DNA from: an uncultured Candidatus Saccharibacteria bacterium
GTDB lineage: Bacteria; Patescibacteriota; UBA1384; XYA2-FULL-43-10; 1-14-0-10-43-13
DNA: 64,000 nucleotides
Assembly: GCA_964543385.1 (NCBI GenBank)
Contig: CAZIYE010000001.1
Coordinates: 279,868 to 343,867, forward strand
Direction: 5' to 3'
The first letter of the stretch is position 1; each line of letters begins with the position of its first letter. A model generated the notes under the pieces. It saw only the letters and a program-made list of their open reading frames with translations. It did not search any database and was not told the DNA's origin. Position numbers and translations under genes: made by a program. Positions 8,617-21,010 of the stretch are shown here, in pieces.

Positions 8617-9639
8617 CTATTTTATCTTATGATTTGCAAAAGGATCACGGATCTTAATCACCCCAGCCTTCACATCTCCAATTCCGACATATAGATCAGC
8701 AGTACCATCTTTATTCCTGTGCAATCCCCCACTAAAAATAATTTTTCCTAGATCGTTTTTCTTTGGTGCTACGGGTGGAAATTCATCTGCAGTTGTTAAT
8801 ATTTCCATATGAGTATGATTTTTTGTTTTTGGATCAAAAATAAAAGCCATAGCATAATAATGTCGTACATCTCCATCAAAATGTGCGATATGGCCCAAAA
8901 CACCTATTCTGCCACCATCTAGCAAATGCAGCTCATTTACTCCTCCCCACTCATCATCATGAAATTGATTTTCTATGATTCTCGCCTTCGGAATAGCATC
9001 TTCAAGTTGGTCAAGATTTTCTATCTCTATGTATCCAATTTTTCCAAGACCAGCATTGTTGCCTTGTGGACGGGTAAATACACCTATCTTGCCACTATTC
9101 AGACCTATAAGCCTTATATCCTTCATACCCTTTGAACCTTTTGCGAAAGGTTCAATGACAAAACCATCCTTGTTAAATAACTCCAATAAAGTTTTTTTAT
9201 ATCTATAAAAATAAGTTTGATAGTAAGCTATTTTCCCGTCTTCTTGATGGATATGTACTCCACCAACTATATTGTATCCCTGAATATCTTCATTATAAAA
9301 AGGATCTTGGAGACCTAATACAGGAGCCTCATCAACTAGTCTCCAAACATTACCGCTCTCTTCAAAAAACATTATTTTTGAATCTTCCGAGTTTAAAGGC
9401 TCTACTCTCCCGAACAAATACCTTTTTGAGTCAGATATAATAGGTTTTGTAATATTATAAATTGATATGTTGGTTGCTTCCAAATGTGTGTCAAAATGTT
9501 TCTTTAATATTTGTGGACTCTCCTCAATATCAAAAGATAGCAACTCTCCCTTGTCTAATTTACGGTTTCTATTGGCATCATAATAAATTGCTAGAAGTTC
9601 ATTTGCGCTCTTTGCTTTTGCCTGATCATATTTTTTCAT
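8617..9639 (-). CDS. Hypothetical protein (possibly a beta-propeller / glycosidase-like fold)
   Basis: 340-aa ORF; no diagnostic motif recognised. Confidence 0.5.
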   Translation of the reverse strand: MKKYDQAKAKSANELLAIYYDANRNRKLDKGELLSFDIEESPQILKKHFDTHLEATNISIYNITKPIISDSKRYLFGRVEPLNSEDSKIMFFEESGNVWRLVDEAPVLGLQDPFYNEDIQGYNIVGGVHIHQEDGKIAYYQTYFYRYKKTLLELFNKDGFVIEPFAKGSKGMKDIRLIGLNSGKIGVFTRPQGNNAGLGKIGYIEIENLDQLEDAIPKARIIENQFHDDEWGGVNELHLLDGGRIGVLGHIAHFDGDVRHYYAMAFIFDPKTKNHTHMEILTTADEFPPVAPKKNDLGKIIFSGGLHRNKDGTADLYVGIGDVKAGVIKIRDPFANHKIK

Positions 9640-9695
9640 ACTAAGTGTAGTATAGAAAAAATACTCCCCTTTTCAAGCAAAATAGCTTTTTTGCA

Positions 9696-11402
9696 TTATC
9701 TGTAAATTTCCGGAAGAGGAAACGTTTTGCCAATTTCCCTCTTCTGCTCGAGATCCTTAATATGCTTTTCTTTTTCAGATATAAATTTCGAAAGATCAAA
9801 TCCAAACTTTGATATTAGCATTGAAGCATATTTCCCACCAAGAAAATGGGGAGTTATTACATAGGTAGCGCCAGCCTCATAGAGGCCTATTGCCTCATCG
9901 ACATCATGCGAGATAACAATTACTACCGTTTCTGAATTTTCAGCTTTTATTTTGGCTATAAGAAACTGATTTGTCTCAAAATCTGGAATTGTCGATATGA
10001 CCATTTTGGTTTTTCCAAGATTCAACTCTTCTAAAAATTCATTATCATCCGCATCACCATATCGACAGGATACTTTGGCCTCCTCGAGCTCCTTGATCTT
10101 CTCTGGATCAAAATCAACGACTAAGAACTTTTTGCCCAACTCTCCAAAAAGTTCAAGAAAGTCTGTGCCCATACGATTGCAGCCAAAGAGGATCACATCA
10201 TGATTTTCACTCAAAACTTTTCCGCTTTTGACAGTATTACGTTCATAAATAAACTTTTGGAAAAAAGGATAAATTTTTCCACTGTAGAGAACAATGTAGG
10301 AAGATATTGCAATAGTGATAAGACTGACTAAAGTAATTAAGGATATAATGTCTGGCGATATACCACTTACTTTTTCAGCTAATATAAGGAGAATTAGAGA
10401 AAATTCACTCACTTGAGTAAAATTAACAGCTGTAAAGAAATTTATCTTCTTCCTGTAACCAGTTATTCCAGTCAAAAATAAAACTATCAACGGCTTGATG
10501 ATTATTACAAATAGGGATAGGAAAATTGCTGGGTAAATAATAGTAGGCAATGATCCAACTTTTATCTTTGATCCCAACAAAATAAAGAAGAGAATTATAA
10601 AAAAATCACGAAGAGGTCTAAGCCTCGAGCTTATCTCAAAATGATAAGTTGATGTTGACAATGTGACACCCGCGATTAGAGCACCAATCTCCATCGAGAA
10701 CCCTAGATAGTGGAATAAGGTAGCCAATCCCAAACCCCAGCCGATTGAGAATAAAAATAAAAATTCCTGAGATTTGGCAAATGAGGCTGACAGCATTGGA
10801 ACAATATAAATTGTAAATAATATGATTAGGTCGAAAACTACGATACCCTTTATCAGCATGAGAGAAATAGACGAAATATCAGCGCTTCCACCGCTAAAAG
10901 CGGAAATTCCGATCAAGATAATTGCGACAACAAGATCCTGCACAAGCAATAGTCCTATCGATATTTTACTATAGAATTTTGATAGCTCTCTTTTATCTGA
11001 GAGTAATTTCATTATGATAATCGTACTCGAAAAAGTTAATGCCATCCCAACATAGATAGAGGTAATCAAATTAAAATGTAATAAGAAGTAACAGACCAAA
11101 AAACCGGCGGTAGTAGTAAGAATGATTTGCCCGAGTCCAGCAAGTAGCGAGACCTTTCCTACCTCTTTAATAACTTTTGGAGTCAAATTTAGACCAATGA
11201 TAAAAAGTAGCAACGCGATGCCGAATTGAGAAAGCGAATCAACCACCTCTTGAAACTGAAGGCTTTTAAAAAGAAACGGCCCCACTATTAGACCGGTAAT
11301 AATATGTCCAATGATCAAGGGTTGTTTTAATTTTTGTAAAATACCCGCTACTAATGCAGCAATTACAATTGTGAGACTAAGCCCTACAAAAATGTCCATC
11401 AA
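9696..11402 (-). CDS. Monovalent cation:proton antiporter (CPA2, Kef-type) with C-terminal RCK/TrkA-N domain
   Basis: ~12 TM N-terminal domain; C-terminal VILFGCNRMGTDFLELF...GDADD Rossmann-like RCK motif. Confidence 0.8.
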   Translation of the reverse strand: MMDIFVGLSLTIVIAALVAGILQKLKQPLIIGHIITGLIVGPFLFKSLQFQEVVDSLSQFGIALLLFIIGLNLTPKVIKEVGKVSLLAGLGQIILTTTAGFLVCYFLLHFNLITSIYVGMALTFSSTIIIMKLLSDKRELSKFYSKISIGLLLVQDLVVAIILIGISAFSGGSADISSISLMLIKGIVVFDLIILFTIYIVPMLSASFAKSQEFLFLFSIGWGLGLATLFHYLGFSMEIGALIAGVTLSTSTYHFEISSRLRPLRDFFIILFFILLGSKIKVGSLPTIIYPAIFLSLFVIIIKPLIVLFLTGITGYRKKINFFTAVNFTQVSEFSLILLILAEKVSGISPDIISLITLVSLITIAISSYIVLYSGKIYPFFQKFIYERNTVKSGKVLSENHDVILFGCNRMGTDFLELFGELGKKFLVVDFDPEKIKELEEAKVSCRYGDADDNEFLEELNLGKTKMVISTIPDFETNQFLIAKIKAENSETVVIVISHDVDEAIGLYEAGATYVITPHFLGGKYASMLISKFGFDLSKFISEKEKHIKDLEQKREIGKTFPLPEIYR

Positions 11403-11494
11403 AACCCCTCATTTATTTCTTACTATATTATAACTAACTCCCACACAAAAAAACAATGATGGCAAACTTAACCATAAAAAAATAGACATTATTT

Positions 11495-11571
11495 TGGTGG
11501 GCGCGGGAGAACTCGAATCTCCGACCCCGTCATTATCAGTGACGTGCTCTAACCAACTGAGCTACGCGCCC
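11495..11571 (-). tRNA. tRNA-Ile (anticodon GAU)
   Basis: Cloverleaf readable by eye; anticodon loop CTGATAA; encoded CCA. Confidence 0.9.
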
Positions 11572-11654
11572 AAAATAGAATGTCTATTTTTATGAACGAT
11601 CAAATACTAACAAAAAACCAAGTTTATTTCAACTCTCAAAGAACTTTTTTTCAA

Positions 11655-12893
11655 TTAAACAGAGGTTCCCTCTGTTTCCGCTAAAGAATTACGGTTGGCT
11701 TTAACATAGAAAAATATCAAAGAAAACAAAATTATTCCTGAAACCAACCATGAAAATTGGATTGATTGATTCTTCCCGACCCAACCGAGTATCAATAAAC
11801 CAAAGGCTCCTCCCAATTTTCCCATTGCTGAGTCAAAAGACAAAATAGTGGCTCTTTTATCATTTGGAATAAATTTATTCAGGTATGCCTTTTGAACTGG
11901 TCGTTGCATCCCCCTGCCGAATTCATGGATTAAAAATCCCATTAAAACAGCTACAAAAGTACCGCTATAAGAGATTGCGACTATCGGTAAAGCCAAAATT
12001 ATAGCCATCAATATAAGAATATAAGAATAGCTTTTCTGTTTTTTTAATAAATAGTTGATTGCATAGCCGCCAGCCATCATTAACAATGAAAAACCGACCC
12101 AAACCCATCCGAGCAACCAAACTTGATTACCGGCAAGATCATTTAGTCTTGGCGTCCAAAACATGTTTAAAGGCATAAAGGCGAACATCGAGACTACCGA
12201 GGACAAGATAAGCCACAAAATAACAGGATGCTTCATACCATAAGAAATGCTATCTTTGGCAATTGTCATCATTTGGGAAAAGCCAAAACCAATAGTTTTC
12301 TTCTTTGCGCCAAAATCATTTTTTACAAACATAATTCCGACCGCCAAAGCAATCAAGGAAATCATCGCGCCAAAAGCAAAAGGCAATCCCAAACTAACAT
12401 TTGCAATGTAGGCACCAATTAAACCGCCGATAACCGTAGCAAAACGACCAATAATATTAGCTTGAGAAAAAACAAAATCTACTTTTCCGGTATATTTATT
12501 TTCTTCAAGTTTATCGATTATCCAAGCATCGAGAGCGCCCGAGGCAAAGGTAGTAGCAAGAGCAGCGAATAGCTCAGCAATAACAAAAAAGATAAAGCTA
12601 GAAGAAAAAAAATAAATTGTAAACATGCAGACCATCAGGGCACTACTGATAATAATTGATTTTTTACGACCAAAATAGTCAGCATAAGCTCCAGTAGGAA
12701 TTTCAAAAATAAAACTACCAAACATAAAGGCAAAGTTTACTAAGTTGACCTGAAATAGATCCAGGCCTTTGTCTAACAGAAACAATATATAGGTTACAAA
12801 AATAAGACTCATCGCAAAATCAGTCAAAAAAGTCAGTAAATAATAAACCGACTTAGGATCTCTATTTTTGATATTCTGATGAAAATTATTCAT
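11655..12893 (-). CDS. MFS transporter
   Basis: 412 aa with ~12 TM and an MFS-like loop motif; lies between the 16S and tRNA-Ile. Confidence 0.75.
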   Translation of the reverse strand: MNNFHQNIKNRDPKSVYYLLTFLTDFAMSLIFVTYILFLLDKGLDLFQVNLVNFAFMFGSFIFEIPTGAYADYFGRKKSIIISSALMVCMFTIYFFSSSFIFFVIAELFAALATTFASGALDAWIIDKLEENKYTGKVDFVFSQANIIGRFATVIGGLIGAYIANVSLGLPFAFGAMISLIALAVGIMFVKNDFGAKKKTIGFGFSQMMTIAKDSISYGMKHPVILWLILSSVVSMFAFMPLNMFWTPRLNDLAGNQVWLLGWVWVGFSLLMMAGGYAINYLLKKQKSYSYILILMAIILALPIVAISYSGTFVAVLMGFLIHEFGRGMQRPVQKAYLNKFIPNDKRATILSFDSAMGKLGGAFGLLILGWVGKNQSIQFSWLVSGIILFSLIFFYVKANRNSLAETEGTSV

Positions 12894-12913
12894 TTGTAGA
12901 AATATTATATTGC

Positions 12914-12940
12914 TTATCTTAACAAAAAAATCGCCTTTCG
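12914..12940 (-). terminator. Rho-independent terminator immediately 3' of the 16S rRNA (TCGCC-TTTC-GGCGA + U-run)
   Basis: 5-bp GC stem with a poly-A tract on the plus strand (U-run on the minus transcript), 150 nt after the 16S 3' end. Confidence 0.55.
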
Positions 12941-13093
12941 GCGACTTTTCATCTTTTGCAACTAAATAGTGATAGAGTACGCACCTACATGCAGAGGTTC
13001 TGCTGTAGGATTTTCTGCCTCTTGATTCGAAGAACGAATCGAGAGTGATCGACCATCTCTCAAGACCAATTGCTTGGCCAGAGATGCTCCTTA

Positions 13094-14545
<1,452 letters not shown>

Positions 14546-14932
14546 ACAATGCACCAAAGTGCATCGTTTTTATTGAGTTTGATTAGCTCTATAAAAATAC
14601 TAATCAAAAATTATTCTCTCAAAAGAATTGCCTACTAGACCCTTCAGCTCCGCCAATAAATTGGCTTTGCTTCTAGGTTTTTCAGACAAACGTACTTATC
14701 ACTATTTAGTTGTAAAAGAACGTTGTCCCGCCTCAAAAACAAACGAGACAAAAATACTAGCAAAAATAAACAATCCCCTTATAGAAATTTCTATTTAATT
14801 TTTGCAGCTAAAGTGAATACTATCGAAAAAAACCCATCTTGTCAACACCAATTTAATTTTTTCAAAAATGGAAATAATAAAGCCCAGAATTTTCTGGGCT
14901 TTATTATTTCACCGAGCAATTGAATGAAGTTC

Positions 14933-15607
14933 TTACTTAAGAAGTGATTTGGTGTTTATATCTATGTAATAAGTTTTTCCATTCAGTTTATTTAAAGAAT
15001 TTATAGCTTTGGCTTCATTTGTAGCATATGAGAATGGAGCAGAGACTTTTACCTTGCCAATGGATTTATTATTGAATTTAACCTCATAAACTGCATTCTT
15101 CCACATACTGCTCACTACCATGCCACCCTTATCAGTCATAGAAACATTATAGCCAGTGAAAAATATGCTCTTGGTTTTGTAAACTTTACCATTATTGTAA
15201 TATTTAGTATCTAATCTATAAAGCCTAGTCATAAAATTAGGTCCATTGAATTCATGACTATTGCGCTCTACAACACAACCGCCATTGGGATGACCAGGAG
15301 CTCCTTTTTTATAGCAATTCTTCGCAGTGACAACGCTGGATGTCTTATAAGGACCATCATATTCCTTTTTTGTTGCTTTGTCCCTTATTACAATCTTAAA
15401 ACCAGCTGTTGGACCGACAGCAACAGGATAGCCTTCTTCAACACACTTCCCCTTTTTTTCGCTACATGACGCTGACATAGTATCAGCACCAATCTTGTCT
15501 TTTAGAAAGAAACTTGCTGCCCCAAGAATTACAACAATTGCTGTTATAATTGCAATTGTCACTTTGCTAGTTAACTTTAGTCTTTTTAAGACACTCTTCT
15601 TTTTCAT
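14933..15607 (-). CDS. Secreted hypothetical protein (HP-x-GGC motif family, short paralog)
   Basis: Signal/TM at N-terminus; shares the KxCxxKGxxxxHPxGGC motif with 15626..16843. Confidence 0.55.
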   Translation of the reverse strand: MKKKSVLKRLKLTSKVTIAIITAIVVILGAASFFLKDKIGADTMSASCSEKKGKCVEEGYPVAVGPTAGFKIVIRDKATKKEYDGPYKTSSVVTAKNCYKKGAPGHPNGGCVVERNSHEFNGPNFMTRLYRLDTKYYNNGKVYKTKSIFFTGYNVSMTDKGGMVVSSMWKNAVYEVKFNNKSIGKVKVSAPFSYATNEAKAINSLNKLNGKTYYIDINTKSLLK

Positions 15608-15625
15608 TAGCCTCTCCTTTTTATT

Positions 15626-16843
15626 CTATTTAACTTTAATTAAGTACTGTTTTTCAATAAAACTATTATATTTATCCAGCATCTTTTCTTTATTATTATT
15701 TCTCTCAGTTGCATCCATAGATTTTATAATTATCAGATTAAATTTCGGTCGATAAAATGGGGATTGGATGGTTCTTGCAGCTATTTTTTTGCCTTCCATA
15801 TTCGTCGCGACAACTTCTGATTTGCTCCAGATTCTGAATCTATTGCCAGAAATTGTCTGACCAATAAAATAATCATTCCCTACATTGATCAGCTCTGTTT
15901 TAAATCTAGCAACTCCATCATTACCAGCAAGGCCTTTCTCACCATAATATTTCTTAGTCTTTGTGCAATCCTTTTCCTTTTCTGCAGTAATAGTACATTC
16001 ATAATACCAATTATAGACTTCGTAAACCTGGCCCGAGATAGCCTCACCACCCTTTGATCTTATAAAGTTAACAACTGTGGACCCAGTAGCAATTGCATTG
16101 GCCGACAATACAGGCTGACTAGGGGTTGCAGGAGCAGGGGTCGCAGAGGCAGCCGGGGTTCCAGCATCTGGACCAACGCTACTGGTTATTTTATCAGTAG
16201 GGATCTTTATAGTCTTGACGGCCCCATTCAAATTAGCTATATCGCTCTTTGCTTTGTCCAATTTCTTTTGAAAATAAACATTTGAATTTATGGGAAATCG
16301 TGCAATTTCCTCCTTCTTGTCAACCGACTTGATGACTATGGTATTCGTCTTCCAAGCAACAAAATTTGTGCCACTACCAATACCTGAAAAATAGTAATCA
16401 TATTTCTTCTGTTTCTTATTACTATATTCGAAAGTCTGGTTTACGTGGAACAATTTACTTTGAAAAGAAGCTGTTCCATCAGATGCGACCGAGACCGGAA
16501 CTTCACTGGGCTTATCCACAGAAAAACAGCCACCCTTTGGATGTGTTACAGTAGAACCTTTTGGCCCGCAGTCCTTACCCGTTATTAGGCTTGCCACGGA
16601 TATTTTGTTAATTAATTCTTGCTTAAGAGGAGTACCTGTTTCATCAACAAGCTGTATTTTGTAAGTGTTGGGCGAGACAGAAATCTCATCGAAAACTTCT
16701 GAGACTTTGGCAGCATCATTAGTGCTGGCGGAATAATTGTTATTAAAATAATAAATAACACCAACGACCAAAGCTATTATTATCAATAATAAAAAACGAG
16801 AATTCTTTTTACCTTTCCCTTTTAGAGACTTCTTTTTTGCCAC
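15626..16843 (-). CDS. Secreted hypothetical protein (HP-x-GGC motif family, long paralog)
   Basis: N-terminal Lys-rich + TM; THPKGGCFSVDKPS motif matches the paralog. Confidence 0.55.
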   Translation of the reverse strand: MAKKKSLKGKGKKNSRFLLLIIIALVVGVIYYFNNNYSASTNDAAKVSEVFDEISVSPNTYKIQLVDETGTPLKQELINKISVASLITGKDCGPKGSTVTHPKGGCFSVDKPSEVPVSVASDGTASFQSKLFHVNQTFEYSNKKQKKYDYYFSGIGSGTNFVAWKTNTIVIKSVDKKEEIARFPINSNVYFQKKLDKAKSDIANLNGAVKTIKIPTDKITSSVGPDAGTPAASATPAPATPSQPVLSANAIATGSTVVNFIRSKGGEAISGQVYEVYNWYYECTITAEKEKDCTKTKKYYGEKGLAGNDGVARFKTELINVGNDYFIGQTISGNRFRIWSKSEVVATNMEGKKIAARTIQSPFYRPKFNLIIIKSMDATERNNNKEKMLDKYNSFIEKQYLIKVK

Positions 16844-16929
16844 TTCCCCTCCTGATATAAAAAATAGACGTATTTGTAGTTAATTATACCACCAAGCAAT
16901 TGCGTGTCAAATTATTTCCAAGGTTGATT

Positions 16930-17895
16930 TTAATTGACTCTCGAATATCTAATATGACCAGAGCAGGAGATAATTTCAATCCCCTGCTTTTCCAGTTCAT
17001 CAAGAATAATATTGAGGCCCAGAGAGTCAGAAGCGATATGGCCAGCAATTACAATATTTAAGTAGTGTTTTACTGCTTCTTCACGATGTTTTTCAGGGAT
17101 ATGCATACCTATCTCAGTGCCAATACCATATTGGCTCATTTTCTCATACATTTTTTCCGATCCAGTTGTGCCACCAGTCATACCAGAGACAACAATCTTT
17201 CCGGCTCTCGACTTGTCACTACCGGCAAAGATAACAGGGCCTGCATTTCTAGCAATACCTTCAGCATATTCTGGAATTTCTTTGAGAGCTTCAATAATCT
17301 CTCCAACCGTTTCTGGATTTTTCTTGCTAATATAACTGTTAACAAATTTCCAAACTGAATTATCAGCAGGAGTATGAATATTCATCAACGGGATATCCAA
17401 TAGTTTGGCTACATCTACCGCCTGATAATGATTTATAGGAGCAATACTTTGTGAAACTTGACGAAGCCTATCTTCTAGGACTTTCTCGGCAACATTAGCC
17501 GGAACCCCTGCCATTTCCAAGACTTCGGTTTGAATATCCATAACTTCATGCAAATTTGTCAGAGCTTTTCCTTCAGGATGATGCGCAATAATAAGGTCAA
17601 TTTTTTTGCCCTGCCTTTCCAACTCTTTTGCTAAAAGCACTTCTGCAGGGCTTATATCAATGCCCACTAAGACTCTTTTTATCTCTTTGCCAGGGTTACC
17701 ATATTGAATACCACTATCAGAATAGGGGTTTTGCAACTTATCGACATCAAAATCTTTTTTCTTTTTAGCAGTCAATTCATCATATTCTTCTTTCCGTTTT
17801 TTTAAGATCTTATCGACTTTTGACCGACCCCTCGGGTCGTTATCGATACCAGTTTGAATTGCCAAATGGAAAATTTCCTTAATTTTCATAATCAC
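16930..17895 (-). CDS. Nif3-family dinuclear metal-centre protein
   Basis: DLIIAHHPEG and C-terminal IAGHIASD motifs. Confidence 0.7.
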   Translation of the reverse strand: MIMKIKEIFHLAIQTGIDNDPRGRSKVDKILKKRKEEYDELTAKKKKDFDVDKLQNPYSDSGIQYGNPGKEIKRVLVGIDISPAEVLLAKELERQGKKIDLIIAHHPEGKALTNLHEVMDIQTEVLEMAGVPANVAEKVLEDRLRQVSQSIAPINHYQAVDVAKLLDIPLMNIHTPADNSVWKFVNSYISKKNPETVGEIIEALKEIPEYAEGIARNAGPVIFAGSDKSRAGKIVVSGMTGGTTGSEKMYEKMSQYGIGTEIGMHIPEKHREEAVKHYLNIVIAGHIASDSLGLNIILDELEKQGIEIISCSGHIRYSRVN

Positions 17896-17953
17896 TCCAG
17901 TTACTAACTTTCTTTAAACATAACAATAATTACAAGGGAGAACAATATATTAT

Positions 17954-19066
17954 TTACTTTAATAAATTCAATATTTCTTTTTTGATAGCAGAAGCAGCAA
18001 ATGGACGAGCCAACTTTTTAATATTTTTACGAATTGTATTTAAATCAATTATCTTATTAAATGCAAGACCAACGAATGTATTTAGTTCAGAGAGACTTGC
18101 AGCCATAATCGCAGCATTGTTTTCTATCAAAAATCGTGAATTTGCTTCCTCTTGACCTGGTGTCGGCTCAAATATGACAAGTGGAGTACCAATTGCAAGT
18201 GATTCCGAAACTGTCAATCCGCCTGCCTTGGAAATAATAATGTCTGAAGCGGCCATCAATTCTGATACTTGATCAGTAAAGCCGAATACCTTTATGTTTT
18301 TATTTGATTTACCAGCAACCCTCTCTAAACTGTTTTTAAGACGGTTATTATGGCCCGCCATAACTAGGATTTGAAAATCTTCCTTTAATCCACAGATCAT
18401 TTTCAAAATTTCTTTTGATTTGCCAACCCCGAAACCACCATTCATGATCAGTATAGTAAAACGATCATCTATTCCGAATTGAGAACGAAGTCTTGGTCTA
18501 AAAGACTTCTTACTAAACTTTTTGCCAACAGGTATTCCTGTTACGCAGATCTTGCCATCTGCACCCAAAGATTTAATCTGTGAAGAAACCTTGTCAGATG
18601 GCACTGTGTAAACATCAATCCTTTTATCAATCAAAAGAGGATGACCATCATAATCAGTCATTGAAAAAAGAAGTTTGAAATTATTATTAAGGCTATCCCT
18701 CCAATGTGAAATAAGACCAGAAACGATAAAATGAGTGCTTACAACAACATCAGGCTGGAAATCTTCCACCAGTTTCTTAAACTTCGTTGCGTTGACAGAA
18801 TCGAAGAAAACCCTCAGTTTTATTCCAGGAGAAATAGTGTGTTTATAAAAGAAAGCATAAAGAGTTGGCAAACTATCTACCATGCGAAGATAGCCCTTTT
18901 GGTAAATCCCTTTAGAAACAAAAGAGCAATAATCAGAAAGATCTATAGTTTTTACCTCAATATATTTCTCGGAAAATTGCTCAGCAATAGCAGCGGCAGC
19001 CTTTGCGTGTCCCATCCCGATTTTAAAAGATACTATCAGAACACGCTTTTTCTTCGCTAAAATCAT
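17954..19066 (-). CDS. GT28-family glycosyltransferase (MGDG synthase / MurG-like)
   Basis: N-terminal [11 protein letters not shown] and C-terminal [10 protein letters not shown]...EANSRFL motifs. Confidence 0.7.
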   Translation of the reverse strand: MILAKKKRVLIVSFKIGMGHAKAAAAIAEQFSEKYIEVKTIDLSDYCSFVSKGIYQKGYLRMVDSLPTLYAFFYKHTISPGIKLRVFFDSVNATKFKKLVEDFQPDVVVSTHFIVSGLISHWRDSLNNNFKLLFSMTDYDGHPLLIDKRIDVYTVPSDKVSSQIKSLGADGKICVTGIPVGKKFSKKSFRPRLRSQFGIDDRFTILIMNGGFGVGKSKEILKMICGLKEDFQILVMAGHNNRLKNSLERVAGKSNKNIKVFGFTDQVSELMAASDIIISKAGGLTVSESLAIGTPLVIFEPTPGQEEANSRFLIENNAAIMAASLSELNTFVGLAFNKIIDLNTIRKNIKKLARPFAASAIKKEILNLLK

Positions 19067-19641
19067 TTGATAACTTTATCAATAATACCGTATTTTAGCG
19101 CCTCATCAGCACGCATGTAAAAGTCTCTGTCTGTATCCTTGGAAACTTTTTCCAGAGGTTGGCTGGTATTTTTAGCTAGAATTTTATTCATCTCATCTCG
19201 AACCTTTAAAATTTCCTCGGCTTGAATTTTGATATCAGAAGCCTGTCCCTGTGTTCCGCCCATTGGTTGATGGATCAATATACGGGAATTTGGCAAAGAA
19301 AATCTCTTGCCCTTCTCACCGCCGGCAAGCAAAAATGCTGCCATAGAAGCTGCCATGCCGACACAAATTGTCGACACATTAGACTTAATATATTTCATAG
19401 TGTCATAGATTGCCATCCCAGAATACACTGACCCACCAGGAGAATTTATGTACATCTGAATATCTTTTTTATTATCCTCTGCCTCTAGAAACAAAAGTTG
19501 TGCAATCACAAGATTTGCTACATCGTCGTCTATGGAACCACCCAAAAATACTATTCTGTCCTTTAAAAGCCTAGAATAAATATCGTAGGCGCGCTCGCCC
19601 TGCATAGTCTTTTCTATCACTGTTGGAATTAAATAACTCAT
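19063..19641 (-). CDS. clpP: ATP-dependent Clp protease proteolytic subunit
   Basis: [19 protein letters not shown], catalytic Ser/His/Asp context. Confidence 0.9.
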   Translation of the reverse strand: MSYLIPTVIEKTMQGERAYDIYSRLLKDRIVFLGGSIDDDVANLVIAQLLFLEAEDNKKDIQMYINSPGGSVYSGMAIYDTMKYIKSNVSTICVGMAASMAAFLLAGGEKGKRFSLPNSRILIHQPMGGTQGQASDIKIQAEEILKVRDEMNKILAKNTSQPLEKVSKDTDRDFYMRADEALKYGIIDKVIK

Positions 19642-19740
19642 ATGCTCCTTGTTACCATAACTAATTGATCATTTATATATCTATTATAACACTAGCTTCA
19701 AGTTATCGACGATTCTCGCTTCACCATCCCGTGTTATTCA

Positions 19741-19779
19741 AGAAAAGAAAATTAGCTGACTACTTAGCCAGCTAATTTT
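19741..19779 (-). terminator. Terminator-like hairpin 3' of tig (AAAATTAGCTG...CAGCTAATTTT)
   Basis: 11-bp perfect inverted repeat followed by a U-rich tract on the minus transcript. Confidence 0.5.
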
Positions 19780-19810
19780 CTTATACAATAATTTGTCTAT
19801 GAAGTCAAAG

Positions 19811-21010
19811 CTATTTGACCATTGTATCAACTAAATGACTGATCGCTTTTTTAGCAGACTCTGGATTATCTCTATCAAGTTTTAGTTCGTCAACAATCTT
19901 ACCGAGCATCAGCCCTATCTTGATATTTTTCTCAGCAGTCGGTCTCATTTCTTTCTGAAGTTCCTCTGCAGTTTTCTTAACACTACTTAGATAGGTCTCA
20001 AAATTCATTCCCATTCCCTTGAGCTGTTCCTGATAACCAGTGAAAATCCTATTGACTTCCTGATTAACCATTTCATCAGCAATGTCTGCCTTAACAAGTG
20101 GAAGCATTTTATCTAGAACTTTATTTTCCAGATCATCTTGGTATTTCTTATCAAGCTCGAGAGATAAATTCTTTTTGATAGCCTCTATTAGTTCATCAGC
20201 ATTCTTTTGGCCAAAATCAGCAGCAAATGTATCATCAATAGGTGGTAATTTTACTTCCTTTAGATTGATAATATCAACTGAAAATTCAGCCTCTTTGCCA
20301 GCGTACTCCTTAGCATGATAATCTTTTGGAAACTTTATTTTAAATGTCTTTTTCTCACCCTTTTTCATTCCAACTATTTGCTCCTCAAAGCCAGGGATAA
20401 GGGATTTTTCACCGAGTATCAAGGGATGATTTTTTGAACACATGGAATCAATCTTGACTCCCTTTAGACTTCCTTCAAAGGACACTTCTACCCAATCACC
20501 GTCTTTGGCCTCACGATCTATTTCGACGAAAGAAGCTTTTTGTTTTTGAAGATTATCTAATATCTTCTTTATGTCTTCCTCTTTTACCTCTTCTTTTTTT
20601 GGTTTTTCGATTTTGATTTTTGAATAATCAGCAAGAGTTACTTCGGGAAAAACCATAATCTCCATCTCAAACTCAAGTGGATTAGCTATTTCTTCCTCTG
20701 TTTCGCCATAATTTGGATACTTATTGATTTTTATAGAAGGAGAAGACATCGAGCTCAAATTATTTTCTTTGAGCGCCTTAAGATAACCTTCACTTATCGC
20801 CTGATCCAATCCTTCACCTAAAATCCGAGATACACCAATAGTGCTTTCAATAAGTTTTCTAGGAGCTTTGCCAGGACGAAATCCAGGAAGTTTTGCTGTA
20901 GGTGCGACATGTTCATAAGCATGGTTAAAATGCTTAATCATTTCCTTTGGCTCGAGAGTTATAACAAGCTTTACTTTGCTCTGTTTCAATCTTTCAACTT
21001 TTATTTCCAT
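19811..21010 (-). CDS. tig: Trigger factor
   Basis: GFRPGKAPRKLIE motif; start taken at MEIKVERL (SD AAAGG upstream), because the longer track ORF extends through non-conserved sequence. Confidence 0.85.
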   Translation of the reverse strand: MEIKVERLKQSKVKLVITLEPKEMIKHFNHAYEHVAPTAKLPGFRPGKAPRKLIESTIGVSRILGEGLDQAISEGYLKALKENNLSSMSSPSIKINKYPNYGETEEEIANPLEFEMEIMVFPEVTLADYSKIKIEKPKKEEVKEEDIKKILDNLQKQKASFVEIDREAKDGDWVEVSFEGSLKGVKIDSMCSKNHPLILGEKSLIPGFEEQIVGMKKGEKKTFKIKFPKDYHAKEYAGKEAEFSVDIINLKEVKLPPIDDTFAADFGQKNADELIEAIKKNLSLELDKKYQDDLENKVLDKMLPLVKADIADEMVNQEVNRIFTGYQEQLKGMGMNFETYLSSVKKTAEELQKEMRPTAEKNIKIGLMLGKIVDELKLDRDNPESAKKAISHLVDTMVK

